This document shows positions 21,244 to 30,605 of a DNA stretch of 64,000 bases, one piece after another. This DNA comes from Thermodesulfobacteriota bacterium. Its GTDB lineage: Bacteria; Desulfobacterota_D; UBA1144; Nemesobacterales; UBA2774. A program made the translations under genes and the position numbers. The first letter of the stretch is position 1; every line of letters starts with the position of its first letter. The notes beneath the pieces are model-generated. The model was not told the origin of the DNA, did not search any database, and saw only the letters and a list, made by a program, of their open reading frames with translations. The DNA is taken from the NCBI GenBank assembly GCA_965216785.1, contig OZ244197.1:1088001-1152000 (forward strand). Direction: 5' to 3'.

Positions 21244-21672
21244 ATGGAGGAGAACATGAGCGATAGAGCTAATATCGGTGTTTTAGACGACGGGCCATAC
21301 ATTGTAGAGGGACTGGAGGAGCTGAGTAATTCAAAGGAAGATAGTCTTGAGATAAGCGCCAAGGTGGCCCTGTGCCGCTGCGGAGCCTCGGCTAATAAAC
21401 CCTACTGTGACGGAACCCATAGGAAAATAGGGTTTACGGATAAAGTCGAAAAAAATGAGTCAGGCCAGCAAGTTGTGGATGGAGAGAGCAAGATAAGCGT
21501 AACTCATAACGGTCCGCTCGAGGTCTCGGGCGCAATTGAGCTTAAAGTGAAAGATGAAATGAACCTATCTGAGGATAACCCCTATTACCTCTGCCGCTGC
21601 GGGGCATCGGAGAATAAACCCTTTTGTGACGGCTCACATAAGAGAATCGGGTTTTCTGACGATAAAAATTGA
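21244..21672 (+). CDS. Tandem CDGSH iron-sulfur domain protein
   Basis: LCRCGASANKPYCDGTH and LCRCGASENKPFCDGSH; true start may be 21256. Confidence 0.9.
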   Translation: MEENMSDRANIGVLDDGPYIVEGLEELSNSKEDSLEISAKVALCRCGASANKPYCDGTHRKIGFTDKVEKNESGQQVVDGESKISVTHNGPLEVSGAIELKVKDEMNLSEDNPYYLCRCGASENKPFCDGSHKRIGFSDDKN

Positions 21673-21703
21673 AATTGGAAATTGATACTGAAGGAGAGAA
21701 TAA

Positions 21704-22258
21704 ATGGCTTTGACACCCTCGACTATGCTGCCGCTTGGCACAAAGGCGCCAGATTTTACACTCTGGTGCGTTGTGAACGAAAGGCACTTTAGCCTGGATG
21801 ATCTGAAATCTGAGAAGGCGACGGTAATCATGTTCATCTGTAATCACTGTCCTTACGTTAAACATGTACAGTCGGGGCTTGTCGAACTGGTTAATGATTA
21901 TACCCATAAAGGCATATCATTTATCGCAATTAACTCAAACGATGTGGACAATTACCCAGCTGACTCTCCTGAGAATATGAAGCTTGACGCTGAGCGGCTC
22001 GGGTACACGTTCCCATATCTGTTTGATGAGAGCCAGGAGGTAGCCAGAGCGTATGACGCCGCCTGTACGCCCGATTTCTACATATTCGACGGAGATTTGC
22101 TCTGTGTTTACAGGGGGCAGATGGACCATTCAAGGCCCGGAAACGGAAAGCCCGTAACCGGGGAGCATCTGAGAGACGCACTTGACCGGTTACTGGAAGG
22201 CAAGTCCGTAAGCGAGGAACAGATACCGAGCATAGGCTGTAATATTAAGTGGAAGTAA
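21704..22258 (+). CDS. Thioredoxin-family / AhpC-TSA protein
   Basis: APDF.L, FICNHCPYV, ACTPDF, YRGQMD, SIGCNIKW. Confidence 0.9.
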   Translation: MALTPSTMLPLGTKAPDFTLWCVVNERHFSLDDLKSEKATVIMFICNHCPYVKHVQSGLVELVNDYTHKGISFIAINSNDVDNYPADSPENMKLDAERLGYTFPYLFDESQEVARAYDAACTPDFYIFDGDLLCVYRGQMDHSRPGNGKPVTGEHLRDALDRLLEGKSVSEEQIPSIGCNIKWK

Positions 22259-22322
22259 AGATTTTCAATCGAATTAACGGGAAAGAATATTTACCTTTTG
22301 AAATAGCTGCCGGTAAGCAAAA

Positions 22323-22748
22323 TTAATGCTTTTCACCTTCGTCCCTCTTATCGCCCTCTCTAATCTTTCTGAATTCTTCGCTCACCTCTTCCATTGTTTT
22401 AAACTCGTAGTCTCCGGCCTCTATTGCCGCAGTGCCTAACGCAAGCAATGCCTCCCCCGCATTGTCTATTACATTTAGCACCTGAGCGGGTCCCGAGTAC
22501 TCGATTAGATTGGCAGTGCTCCCCTCCTCCAGGAGAACGGCGCCGTCTTTCTCCAAATAGAATTTAAATCCCATCTCAAATCCGAAGTATACGGATAAAT
22601 AAACGATACCGTCTTCTCTAGTCCCGATAACATAGCTTGAATCGTCTAGAGAAAACCTTAGCTGGAGGTTGTCGTCTCTATAGTAAGCCTCTTTGTCGGC
22701 TAATCTTACAAGCTCCTCAATTGCGTGTATCAGTTTTTCTGCTTTCAT
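22323..22748 (-). CDS. Hypothetical protein
   Basis: 141-aa ORF with GAAGG RBS, fills an intergenic gap; no motif recognised. Confidence 0.6.
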   Translation of the reverse strand: MKAEKLIHAIEELVRLADKEAYYRDDNLQLRFSLDDSSYVIGTREDGIVYLSVYFGFEMGFKFYLEKDGAVLLEEGSTANLIEYSGPAQVLNVIDNAGEALLALGTAAIEAGDYEFKTMEEVSEEFRKIREGDKRDEGEKH

Positions 22749-22909
22749 TCATACCTTCTTGCCTATTGCCTCACTGAACTTATATCATAGACTAAAACCA
22801 TGCTTAAATACAATGTATCTTTAAACAGGTTTTATTGGAGCGCGGTTGTTAGAGTTTTTGTATGCGGGCGGCGGCTTGAATAAGCAAATCAGTTGACTAT
22901 TATCTTAGC

Positions 22910-23716
22910 TTGAATGAGAAACGGGATGAAAAAGATATGACAAAAGGACCTAATTCTATAACGCTAATACCTATTGCGGGGATTCCAGAGATCGGGGCAG
23001 GCGACGATCTGGTAAAGATAGTGTCGGATGCCACCGCCGCGTCAGGTCTCACAATTGAGAGTGGTGATGTGCTGGTAATCGCTCAGAAGATAGTATCCAA
23101 GTCAGAGGGGCGGATTGTTGATTTAAATGATATAGAACCTAGCGACTTTGCCCATACACTATCAAAAGAAGTCAGCAAGGACCCAAGACTAGTAGAGGTC
23201 ATACTCGGTGAGACTACCAAGATAATCAAAATGGACCAGAGAAAGCCCGAGAAGGGGAGGCTTATAGTTGAAACCCGGGGAGGCTTAATATCCGCAAACG
23301 CGGGTGTGGACGCTTCCAATGTTTCAGGGGGAGATAAGGTTACGCTTCTGCCGCTTGACTCAGACCGCTCGGCCCGTGGATTAGCTGAGGGATTTAAGTC
23401 AGTGTCCGGTAAAGATGTGGCCGTTATAATTACAGACACCGTGGGAAGGCCTTGGCGGCAAGGTCTAGTGGATGTGGCTATAGGCTCCGCCGGTATAAAA
23501 GCGCTAAGAGACTACAGGGGAGATAGGGACTCAAAGGGACTTGTGCTTGTCGCGACGGAGATGGCTGTTGCTGATCAGATTGCCGCTGCCGCGGGGCTTT
23601 TAATGGAGAAGGCGGGCTCGGTTCCGGTTGTGATCGTGAGGGGTTATGATTTTGAGAAAGCGGACACAGGAGCAGCGGAGCTTATAAGAGATCCTGAAGA
23701 AGATTTATTCCGTTAG
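22910..23716 (+). CDS. cofE: Coenzyme F420-0:L-glutamate ligase
   Basis: GIPEI..GDDL, QKIVSKSEG, ANAGVDASN, VIITDT.GRPWR.G, AVADQIA; start may be 22937. Confidence 0.9.
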   Translation: MNEKRDEKDMTKGPNSITLIPIAGIPEIGAGDDLVKIVSDATAASGLTIESGDVLVIAQKIVSKSEGRIVDLNDIEPSDFAHTLSKEVSKDPRLVEVILGETTKIIKMDQRKPEKGRLIVETRGGLISANAGVDASNVSGGDKVTLLPLDSDRSARGLAEGFKSVSGKDVAVIITDTVGRPWRQGLVDVAIGSAGIKALRDYRGDRDSKGLVLVATEMAVADQIAAAAGLLMEKAGSVPVVIVRGYDFEKADTGAAELIRDPEEDLFR

Positions 23717-23785
23717 TCGCTACAGCTTTTTGATCTTCAATTTCTCGGCCTTCTCCTAGTACTTGGTGATATAATTAGCTTAACA

Positions 23786-25591
23786 ATGGAAGTTATATCT
23801 AATTTAATCAGGCGAAGAAACCTCTCTGCAGTATTTCTTTTTCTCTTCTCTTTCGCTCTATTCTCTCCTTCACTAGTAAACGACTTTGTATGGGATGATG
23901 TGGAGGTAATTTCAAAGAGCCAGGTTTCTTTCGATCCTTCAAGCATTATCAATGTAATAGTCCCGGCAGTAGACACCAATAAAAAGGCCCGTTATTACCG
24001 CCCTGTTGTACATACCTCCGTGGTTTCGGACAAGGGGGTCTGGGGGGTGTCTCCTTTCGGGTTTCATCTAAGCAATTTAGTGTTTTTCTCAGTATCGGCG
24101 GTCCTCTTGTATTTCATGATTATTGCGCTTTTACGGGGGTTAAATAAGAACTATGCCGAGCCCGCAGCGTTTGTCTCCGCACTGATATTCGCAGTCCATC
24201 CCATACACGTGGAATCCGTTTCGTGGGTGGCGGGAAGAACAGACGTCTTGTGCGGACTTTTCTTTTTTCTTGCTGTACTGTGCCATGTCGTCTCGCACAG
24301 GCGAATGTGGGTTTTAATTCTCGCCGCGCTTAGCTTTTCTCTTGCGCTGTTGTCAAAAGAGGTTGCAGTAACGCTGGTTGCCATGGTGCTAGTGTACGAT
24401 CTTTTAAGCGGACAGCTGATCAAACGGAGCAGTATTGTGAGATATATTCTCTATATTGCTATACTGATCCTATATCTTTATCTGAGGGGAAGGGCGTTTG
24501 TAAATATCTCGGAGGTTGGTGAGGCTGTAATGTCCGGCGTGTCCCCCCAGGTTTCGGGCGGGACTGAGCAAGCTCTGGAAGTATCAAAAGGCGCGGTTTA
24601 CACACAAGCCCTAAAAGCTCTTTTAAATTCGACCCTTATATATATCAATAAGCTCATTTTACCATTTAACCTAAACGCCTTTATCTCACAGGTTCCAAAG
24701 GAGATTTACTATACGGCTGCCGCATGTTTTCTTGCTTTAGTACTTGCGGCGCTAAGCATTTGGTCAATATTAAAGAGGGAAAAAGTGACCGCGTTTAGCA
24801 TTCTCTGGATCTTGATTACTCTTAGTCCTTCTCTTGTTGTCGCAGTTTATCCTATCGCCTCAACTCCGATGGCCGAGCGGTATCTCTTTATACCCTCCGC
24901 CGGGTTCTGCCTGTTTTTGGGCTATCTGCTAATTCAAGCGGGCAAGAAGGCGGAGCTTAGGAGATTGGCATGGGCACTCGGCATTATTATCATAGCGGTA
25001 TTTTCGATACTAACAGTTCAGAGGCAGTCTGTTTGGCAGGATGACCTGTCACTTTGGCGGGATACAACCCTTAAATCCCCCTATCATCCGCTGCCCCATA
25101 CGAACTACGGGATTGCGCTCTCAAATGTCGGGGAATATGATGAGGCTGTTAAAGAGTACAAGATTGCTCTATTGCCCGAGATGGGAGACAGCCCGAGAGG
25201 TAAGTCCGTAACCGCTAATAATCTCGGCCTGGTATATATAGAAACTGAGGATTACCAGAATGCTGAGAGATGGTTTAAAATAGCGCGGGAGTTTGATCCT
25301 GGTAACGGCAGGACATACTACCACCTGGGGCTGATATCGTATATAAAGGGTGAGATGGGAGGATCTCCGGACACATATGATCAGTCGGAGAAATATTTGA
25401 GGCAAGCTTTGGAGCATTACTACAGCTTTGGCAAAGCGAATTTTCTTCTCGCAAAGATTTATCTAAAACAGGGTGAGATTGAAAAAGCGAAAGACGAGGC
25501 TGAAATCGCTATACGCAGCGGACTGCCAGCGGAGTTACTCGACCAAGCCCGAGATATCCTGAAAGTAGATGATAAGGGAAGTCGTCAGTAA
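23786..25591 (+). CDS. TMTC-like GT-C membrane glycosyltransferase with C-terminal TPRs
   Basis: FVWDD, YYRP, HPIHVESVSWVAGR.D, LLSKE, AERYLFIP, W.D...LW; multiple TMs followed by TPR repeats. Confidence 0.82.
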   Translation: MEVISNLIRRRNLSAVFLFLFSFALFSPSLVNDFVWDDVEVISKSQVSFDPSSIINVIVPAVDTNKKARYYRPVVHTSVVSDKGVWGVSPFGFHLSNLVFFSVSAVLLYFMIIALLRGLNKNYAEPAAFVSALIFAVHPIHVESVSWVAGRTDVLCGLFFFLAVLCHVVSHRRMWVLILAALSFSLALLSKEVAVTLVAMVLVYDLLSGQLIKRSSIVRYILYIAILILYLYLRGRAFVNISEVGEAVMSGVSPQVSGGTEQALEVSKGAVYTQALKALLNSTLIYINKLILPFNLNAFISQVPKEIYYTAAACFLALVLAALSIWSILKREKVTAFSILWILITLSPSLVVAVYPIASTPMAERYLFIPSAGFCLFLGYLLIQAGKKAELRRLAWALGIIIIAVFSILTVQRQSVWQDDLSLWRDTTLKSPYHPLPHTNYGIALSNVGEYDEAVKEYKIALLPEMGDSPRGKSVTANNLGLVYIETEDYQNAERWFKIAREFDPGNGRTYYHLGLISYIKGEMGGSPDTYDQSEKYLRQALEHYYSFGKANFLLAKIYLKQGEIEKAKDEAEIAIRSGLPAELLDQARDILKVDDKGSRQ

Positions 25592-26419
25592 CCATATAGC
25601 TACGCATAAAAAGAGCCACTTATCCTTTAAAAGAGCCTCGGTCGGGTCGCCGCTTTTATCCGTTTGTACCAGATACATATAGCGAAGGATCCCATAGCAG
25701 GCAAACGGTACGGTAATCAGAAATATCTTTGAATCCAGGCTCACGGCATATATCGAGTAAGTCACAAGTGCCGAAGTTGCGAATATCCCGAGCGCCGTAT
25801 CTAAGAATTTTTCGTTATAGTGCGCCAACACATCCCTAAACTTTACTCCCTTATTTGTTGCCATAGCGAGCTCAAAGCGCCTCTTACCAAATACGAGCAG
25901 TAAAGATAGGAGAAATGTGGTGAGCAGTAGCCAGCTTGTCACCTCGATCCCGGAGGCGAGCCCTCCTGCTTCTATCCTGATCACAAACCCAATGGCAATA
26001 ATAAAGGCATCTACGATTACTATTCTTTCAAAATAAACGGAATAAAGGAGGCTGAGTACGAGATATACTGCGGTAATCAATAAAAACCCCTTATTAACCA
26101 ATAAGCTCAAAACAAGTGAAATTATGAGAGTTATTATTGCAAGCACTGCCGCTTCTGTAACGCTCACTCTGCCGGAAGCGAGTGGTCTGAGCTTTTTTTT
26201 CGGGTGAAGACGGTCAGACTGTATATCCGAAATATCATTTGTAATGTAAGCGGTAGAGGAGGCCAATGAAAACGCAATGAAAGCTACGATCATGTTTGTG
26301 ACCATCTCGTAGCTCGAAAACAGAACGCCACCGAAAAACGGGGGAGCCAAAACGAGAAGGTTTTTCAGCCACTGCTCTGGTCTAAGTAGGTAAATATAGT
26401 CTTTAAGGAGTCTAGGCAT
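25535..26419 (-). CDS. UbiA-family decaprenyl-phosphate phosphoribosyltransferase-like protein
   Basis: LRPEQWLKN, Y..ND..D...DRLHP.K..RPLASG, GKRR.EL, GDPT. Confidence 0.88.
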   Translation of the reverse strand: MPRLLKDYIYLLRPEQWLKNLLVLAPPFFGGVLFSSYEMVTNMIVAFIAFSLASSTAYITNDISDIQSDRLHPKKKLRPLASGRVSVTEAAVLAIITLIISLVLSLLVNKGFLLITAVYLVLSLLYSVYFERIVIVDAFIIAIGFVIRIEAGGLASGIEVTSWLLLTTFLLSLLLVFGKRRFELAMATNKGVKFRDVLAHYNEKFLDTALGIFATSALVTYSIYAVSLDSKIFLITVPFACYGILRYMYLVQTDKSGDPTEALLKDKWLFLCVAIWLLTTSLIIYFQDISGLVE

Positions 26420-26488
26420 TTAAAATAGCATTCTACAGATTTTTCCCCGATTTAGCAAAGCTTGTGTGAATATATGTATACTAATGCT

Positions 26489-27172
26489 ATGCGGAGCAAT
26501 GGAAACGATTATTTTGTGAAGATAGCACACAGGGGCGCAAGCGCGTATGAGCCGGAAAATACTCTTGCGTCTTTTAAAAAAGCAATTGACATGAATACCG
26601 ATTTGATCGAGTTTGACGTCAGGTGCTCTCAGGACTCACAATTGGTGGTAATCCATGACAAAAAGGTCGATCGTACAACAGACGGCACCGGGCTTGTCGG
26701 GCACAAAACGCTTTCTGAATTAAAAGAGCTTGACGCCGGTAACGGGGAGCAGATACCGACTCTGGACGAAGTGCTTGATTTATTTCGAGGAGAAACCCGC
26801 TTCGCGATAGAGATTAAAGAAAACGGTTTAGAGGATAAAGTCGTAAAACAGATAAAAAAACACGGTTTGGTGGAAGATAGTTTCGTAATATCATATAAAC
26901 CCAACCGCCTTAAATTGATAAAATACCTTGAGCCGTCGATCAGTACGGGTCTGATCTCATTTTCTTCGTTAAATTTTATAAAAAATGCGCTGAGCTGCGG
27001 CGCGGACGCGGTTGCTCCGTTTCACTGGTTCATTTCAGATAAAACAGTCAGGCGCGCGCGTGAAAACGATCTGCATCTGTTTACTTACGTCGTAAACGAA
27101 TCCGTTAAAGCAAGAGAGCTTAAAGATAGAGGAGTTCAAGGCATAGTTACAAACAGACCAGATATTTTTTAG
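26489..27172 (+). CDS. Glycerophosphodiester phosphodiesterase
   Basis: IAHRGAS..PENTL, EFDV, VVIHD..VDRTT, IEIK, GIVTNRP. Start placed at ATG 26489, 6 nt after TATACT. Confidence 0.88.
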   Translation: MRSNGNDYFVKIAHRGASAYEPENTLASFKKAIDMNTDLIEFDVRCSQDSQLVVIHDKKVDRTTDGTGLVGHKTLSELKELDAGNGEQIPTLDEVLDLFRGETRFAIEIKENGLEDKVVKQIKKHGLVEDSFVISYKPNRLKLIKYLEPSISTGLISFSSLNFIKNALSCGADAVAPFHWFISDKTVRRARENDLHLFTYVVNESVKARELKDRGVQGIVTNRPDIF

Positions 27173-27249
27173 TATAACCATAGAGCATAATCCTTCTTAT
27201 TAATATCTCACGTATTATCAAGATATTAGATGTAATACTCAGGACACTC

Positions 27250-27666
27250 TCAAGTCTTTGCGAGAAGCCCCGCGGATATGACAGCGAATACTACGCCCGC
27301 GATCTCCCTTGGTCCCAGACGCTCGCCCAGGAATATAAGCGCGAGCACGACTGTAAGCGCGGGATAGACAGCGGATAAGGGTACCAAGACCGAGAGCTTT
27401 GCGTACTTTAGAGCCAATATGAAGAGCACCGTACCGATACCCCAAATAAGTCCCATCAGCAGGGCCGGAAAGTTGATCGAAAAGTTGCTGAAAATCGTGT
27501 CCCTATAAAAAAGAACGAATGTTGTAAAGATACTAAGAGTGCCGAGCCCTTCAAAAAAGTAGACGCGGTGGGGAATGTCCTTAAATGAACCGAGCTTGCC
27601 GAAGAAGCTCCCGAAAGCGAAGCAAATTGTCGCGAGTATTGTCAGTAAATACCATCTTTCAATCAT
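27250..27666 (-). CDS. EamA/DMT family small transporter
   Basis: Five hydrophobic helices, VPL...YP..TV.LA..FLGE. Confidence 0.85.
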   Translation of the reverse strand: MIERWYLLTILATICFAFGSFFGKLGSFKDIPHRVYFFEGLGTLSIFTTFVLFYRDTIFSNFSINFPALLMGLIWGIGTVLFILALKYAKLSVLVPLSAVYPALTVVLALIFLGERLGPREIAGVVFAVISAGLLAKT

Positions 27667-27849
27667 AAACCGCTCCTTTTAACTCTGTATTTTGGATAAC
27701 GATTAGATAGTGTTAACTCAATCACAACCATTTTACAGTAAGCTCATAATCTTTCATAGATTCAGAGCATTCACTTTTGCGATTTGATCTTTAACACGGA
27801 ATTAACAGCTTCTGAATACGGGCTTAATCCTGTCGTGTTGTACTGATTA

Positions 27850-27968
27850 TGCCACCTAATATCCGGGCCGTAACCCTCCCTAACGCCTAGTGTCCGTAAT
27901 GGAGACAAGGCGTCCTTCTTGGCTAACGGGGGATGATTGATAAATCATCCCCCGTCTTTTTTCTTTCT
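27850..27968 (+). ncRNA. Candidate structured small RNA ending in an intrinsic terminator
   Basis: ACGCCT...AGGCGT stem enclosing TGTC/GACA, C/U-rich segments, followed by a terminator not preceded by any annotated + strand gene. Confidence 0.35.
27926..27966 (+). terminator. Rho-independent terminator
   Basis: 13-bp perfect stem ACGGGGGATGATT/AATCATCCCCCGT, GATA loop, then a T-run. Confidence 0.85.
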
Positions 27969-28074
27969 TAGCGGGTGCTTAACCCGGCAGTAATTATCAA
28001 AAGTTATGGTAGAGGCGAGCGATATCAATTAGACTTTATCATATAATAGACTGAATTTTCCGGAGGTTGATAAT

Positions 28075-28866
28075 ATGAGTGAAAGAGCGGAATATACACC
28101 TGGCACTTTCTGCTGGCCCGAGCTTGTAGCGGCTGACGCCGACAAGGCAAAAGAGTTCTATAACGGCCTCTTTAGCTGGGAGATTACGGATAATCCGATA
28201 GGTGAAGACCAGGTCTATTCCATGGCCGCTATCAGGGGAAAGGCAGTAGGGGCTATGTATCAAATGTATCAGGAGCAGGCCGAGCAGGGCGTGCCAACTT
28301 ATTGGGGGAGCTACGTGTCGGTGGCTAATGTGGACGAGACAGTGGAAAAGGCAAAATCTCTGGGTGCAAATATCATTGTAGAGCCCATGGACGTATTCGA
28401 TGCGGGGAGAATGGCGGCGATATTAGACCCTATAGGAGCCGTGATATCATTCTGGCAGCCTTTTAAGCATATAGGCGCGGAAATAGTAAATGAGAACGGC
28501 GCCCTTTTATGGAATGAGCTAGCTACAAATGAAACTGATAAAGCAAAAGAATTCTACTGTGACCTGCTCGGATGGACCGCACAGGATATGAGCTTAGGCG
28601 GTATAGACTATAAGCTGTTAATGAACGGGAAGACTATGGCGGGCGGTATAATCTCGATGCAGGAGGAATGGTGCGATATGCCGCCTGTTTGGTTTGTGTA
28701 CTTTGCGGTCGATGACTGTGATGGCACTGTTCAAAAGGCGGAGTCCCTGGGCGGTAAGGTTGTAAGTCCGCCAAAGGACCTTGAAGGAATAGGGAGGATT
28801 GCTATGCTAACCGATTCTCAGGGCGCTTTGTTTGGCATAACTGAGCTTAACCAGTTGCCGGACTAA
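28075..28866 (+). CDS. VOC/glyoxalase family protein (CFP32-like, two domains)
   Basis: PGTFCWPEL..D..KAKEFY.GLF.W, W.SY.SV..VD, GRMA...DP.GA, repeated twice. Confidence 0.9.
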   Translation: MSERAEYTPGTFCWPELVAADADKAKEFYNGLFSWEITDNPIGEDQVYSMAAIRGKAVGAMYQMYQEQAEQGVPTYWGSYVSVANVDETVEKAKSLGANIIVEPMDVFDAGRMAAILDPIGAVISFWQPFKHIGAEIVNENGALLWNELATNETDKAKEFYCDLLGWTAQDMSLGGIDYKLLMNGKTMAGGIISMQEEWCDMPPVWFVYFAVDDCDGTVQKAESLGGKVVSPPKDLEGIGRIAMLTDSQGALFGITELNQLPD

Positions 28867-28987
28867 ATTATTAGCTAATCCTGGATGGAATAGGCACCTA
28901 GTCTAGCTCCACCCTTAAGTCTTATCGATTGTTATTCAAAATTCTGGAATTTATAAGGTTTATAACATTCTATGATCGGTTTCAAGG

Positions 28988-29281
28988 TTAGCCCTTGTTG
29001 TTTTTTCGGTGAGTATTTTTAGTCCTTACGTGAAACCCCGGCGGCTTGTTTTTTATCCATTTAACGAACTTTCTGATATTATAGTTCTCAAGAATCCTGT
29101 CGATGGTATTGTAATAATTGTAGAGCTCGCGCTCTGTAAAAGTAGCGTGTATCTGTCTGTGGCACACACGGTGGAGAAGCACTATTTCACGGCCTTTAAG
29201 CGAGCGGGGTATCAAATGGTGCTTGCTAGGCTTTTCGGGAAGCTCACGTCCGCATAGTGGGCATATGCCGTTATCATCCAT
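28988..29281 (-). CDS. Small HNH endonuclease
   Basis: CPLCGR...HHLIPRS..G...LHRVCHRQIH. Confidence 0.85.
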   Translation of the reverse strand: MDDNGICPLCGRELPEKPSKHHLIPRSLKGREIVLLHRVCHRQIHATFTERELYNYYNTIDRILENYNIRKFVKWIKNKPPGFHVRTKNTHRKNNKG

Positions 29282-29353
29282 AAATTACACTATACTCGAT
29301 TGGGTTTTATCTATTAAGGGCTCAAGCAGGACAGGGTTAATTGGACAAGACCG

Positions 29354-30112
29354 TTAAAGCATCTGCCTTTTCTTTATAAACGGCACGTGGATCTGGTCTT
29401 TCTTATAGTTTCCGGTAAGTGCGTACATGACCATATTTATACCAAGCCTCATAGCAAGCTCTCTTTGTGATTCGCCGCCCGGTATGCACTCATATTCCCA
29501 CTTGCCGAATTCGTCTTCAGACCATGCGCCCCCAAGATCGTTCCTGGAGTAAAAAACCGAAGTACGGTCTTCATCCGTGAAAGTAATGCCCTCTAAGTAG
29601 GGTGAAATCAACTTGCGCCCGCCAGCGGAATGGAGGAGATAAAAGGATTTATATACAACGTGGTCCTGGGGGAGCTTAGTCAGTTGAATCTCAGGAATAA
29701 TGTAGTGAAACTCTTTTCTTATCTGAGCGTCAAAAGCACTGTCCCTTGAGCCCGATACGTCGTCCACGATCAGTGTCCCGCCTAATTTTAAATATTTCCT
29801 GAGGTTCCTTCTCTCTTCATTAGTGAAAGGCTCAAAGCTGCCGGTGCCTGCTAAATATAGAAACGGGTACTGGAAAAGATCGGAATCGCCAAGTTTAAGC
29901 ACCTTTTTATCATAGGACGTTTTAACGCTGGTTCGAAGCTCGATCGAGCTAAGTAGTCTATTGTGCGCCCTTGGTCTTGGGTCCCAGTCGCCGTCGTAGG
30001 AAAGTTGAGCGAAATGGAATTTCGAGCCCTCGTTAAATCCGAGAAGGGGAAGCGAAAGCGCGCACACCGACAATGAGAGTGCATTTCTTATGAATTTTCT
30101 TCTATTTAACAC
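29354..30112 (-). CDS. DUF4159 family protein with Tat-like signal
   Basis: NRRKF Tat-like motif, YPFLY, LR.YL..GG....DD, H.VYKSFY, NDLGGAW, GIN.VMYALTGNYK.DQ.H. Confidence 0.8.
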   Translation of the reverse strand: MLNRRKFIRNALSLSVCALSLPLLGFNEGSKFHFAQLSYDGDWDPRPRAHNRLLSSIELRTSVKTSYDKKVLKLGDSDLFQYPFLYLAGTGSFEPFTNEERRNLRKYLKLGGTLIVDDVSGSRDSAFDAQIRKEFHYIIPEIQLTKLPQDHVVYKSFYLLHSAGGRKLISPYLEGITFTDEDRTSVFYSRNDLGGAWSEDEFGKWEYECIPGGESQRELAMRLGINMVMYALTGNYKKDQIHVPFIKKRQML

Positions 30113-30271
30113 TGTGAAATAATATAGGGGGGATTACCCAAGTCTGTCAAGCGGATATAGAAAACCTTCGTCCTATACCCACACCCTAACCAATGGGCAT
30201 TAGAAAAGAAAAATAGCGTAACTACCTAGAGCGGCAACTCTAAAAATGAATATCTATAACTAAGAAAGCAG

Positions 30272-30481
30272 CTATTCGCCGCCGGCCTTAACTACACTTG
30301 TTGCCTGAGGACCCTTCGGTCCATCTGTTATCTCAAACTCTACGGCTTCGCCCTCTGTAAGGCTCTTATATCCATCGCCTTCTATAACGCTGTAATGGAC
30401 AAAGACGTCCTTATCTATCTCATCAGACTGGATAAATCCGTAGCCTTTTGAACTGTTAAACCACTTTACTGTACCCTGCAT
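30272..30481 (-). CDS. cspA: Cold-shock protein
   Basis: GTVKWFN..KGYGFI, DVFVHYS, GPKGPQA; AGGAGG RBS. Confidence 0.95.
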   Translation of the reverse strand: MQGTVKWFNSSKGYGFIQSDEIDKDVFVHYSVIEGDGYKSLTEGEAVEFEITDGPKGPQATSVVKAGGE

Positions 30482-30605
30482 AAAACGAACTACCTCCTAA
30501 ATTCTAATTCGAGCCTTATAATCGCACGATTTAGCAGATTTGTCAAATGATATTTTTGCGTAAATGTTTGATAGGGGGCGGCGTTTACGTTAGTTTAATG
30601 TTCCT

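Noticed and set aside
28988-29281. HNH gene as a mobile homing endonuclease or defence gene
   Set aside because: Small stand-alone HNH type; no intron, repeats or mobile context visible
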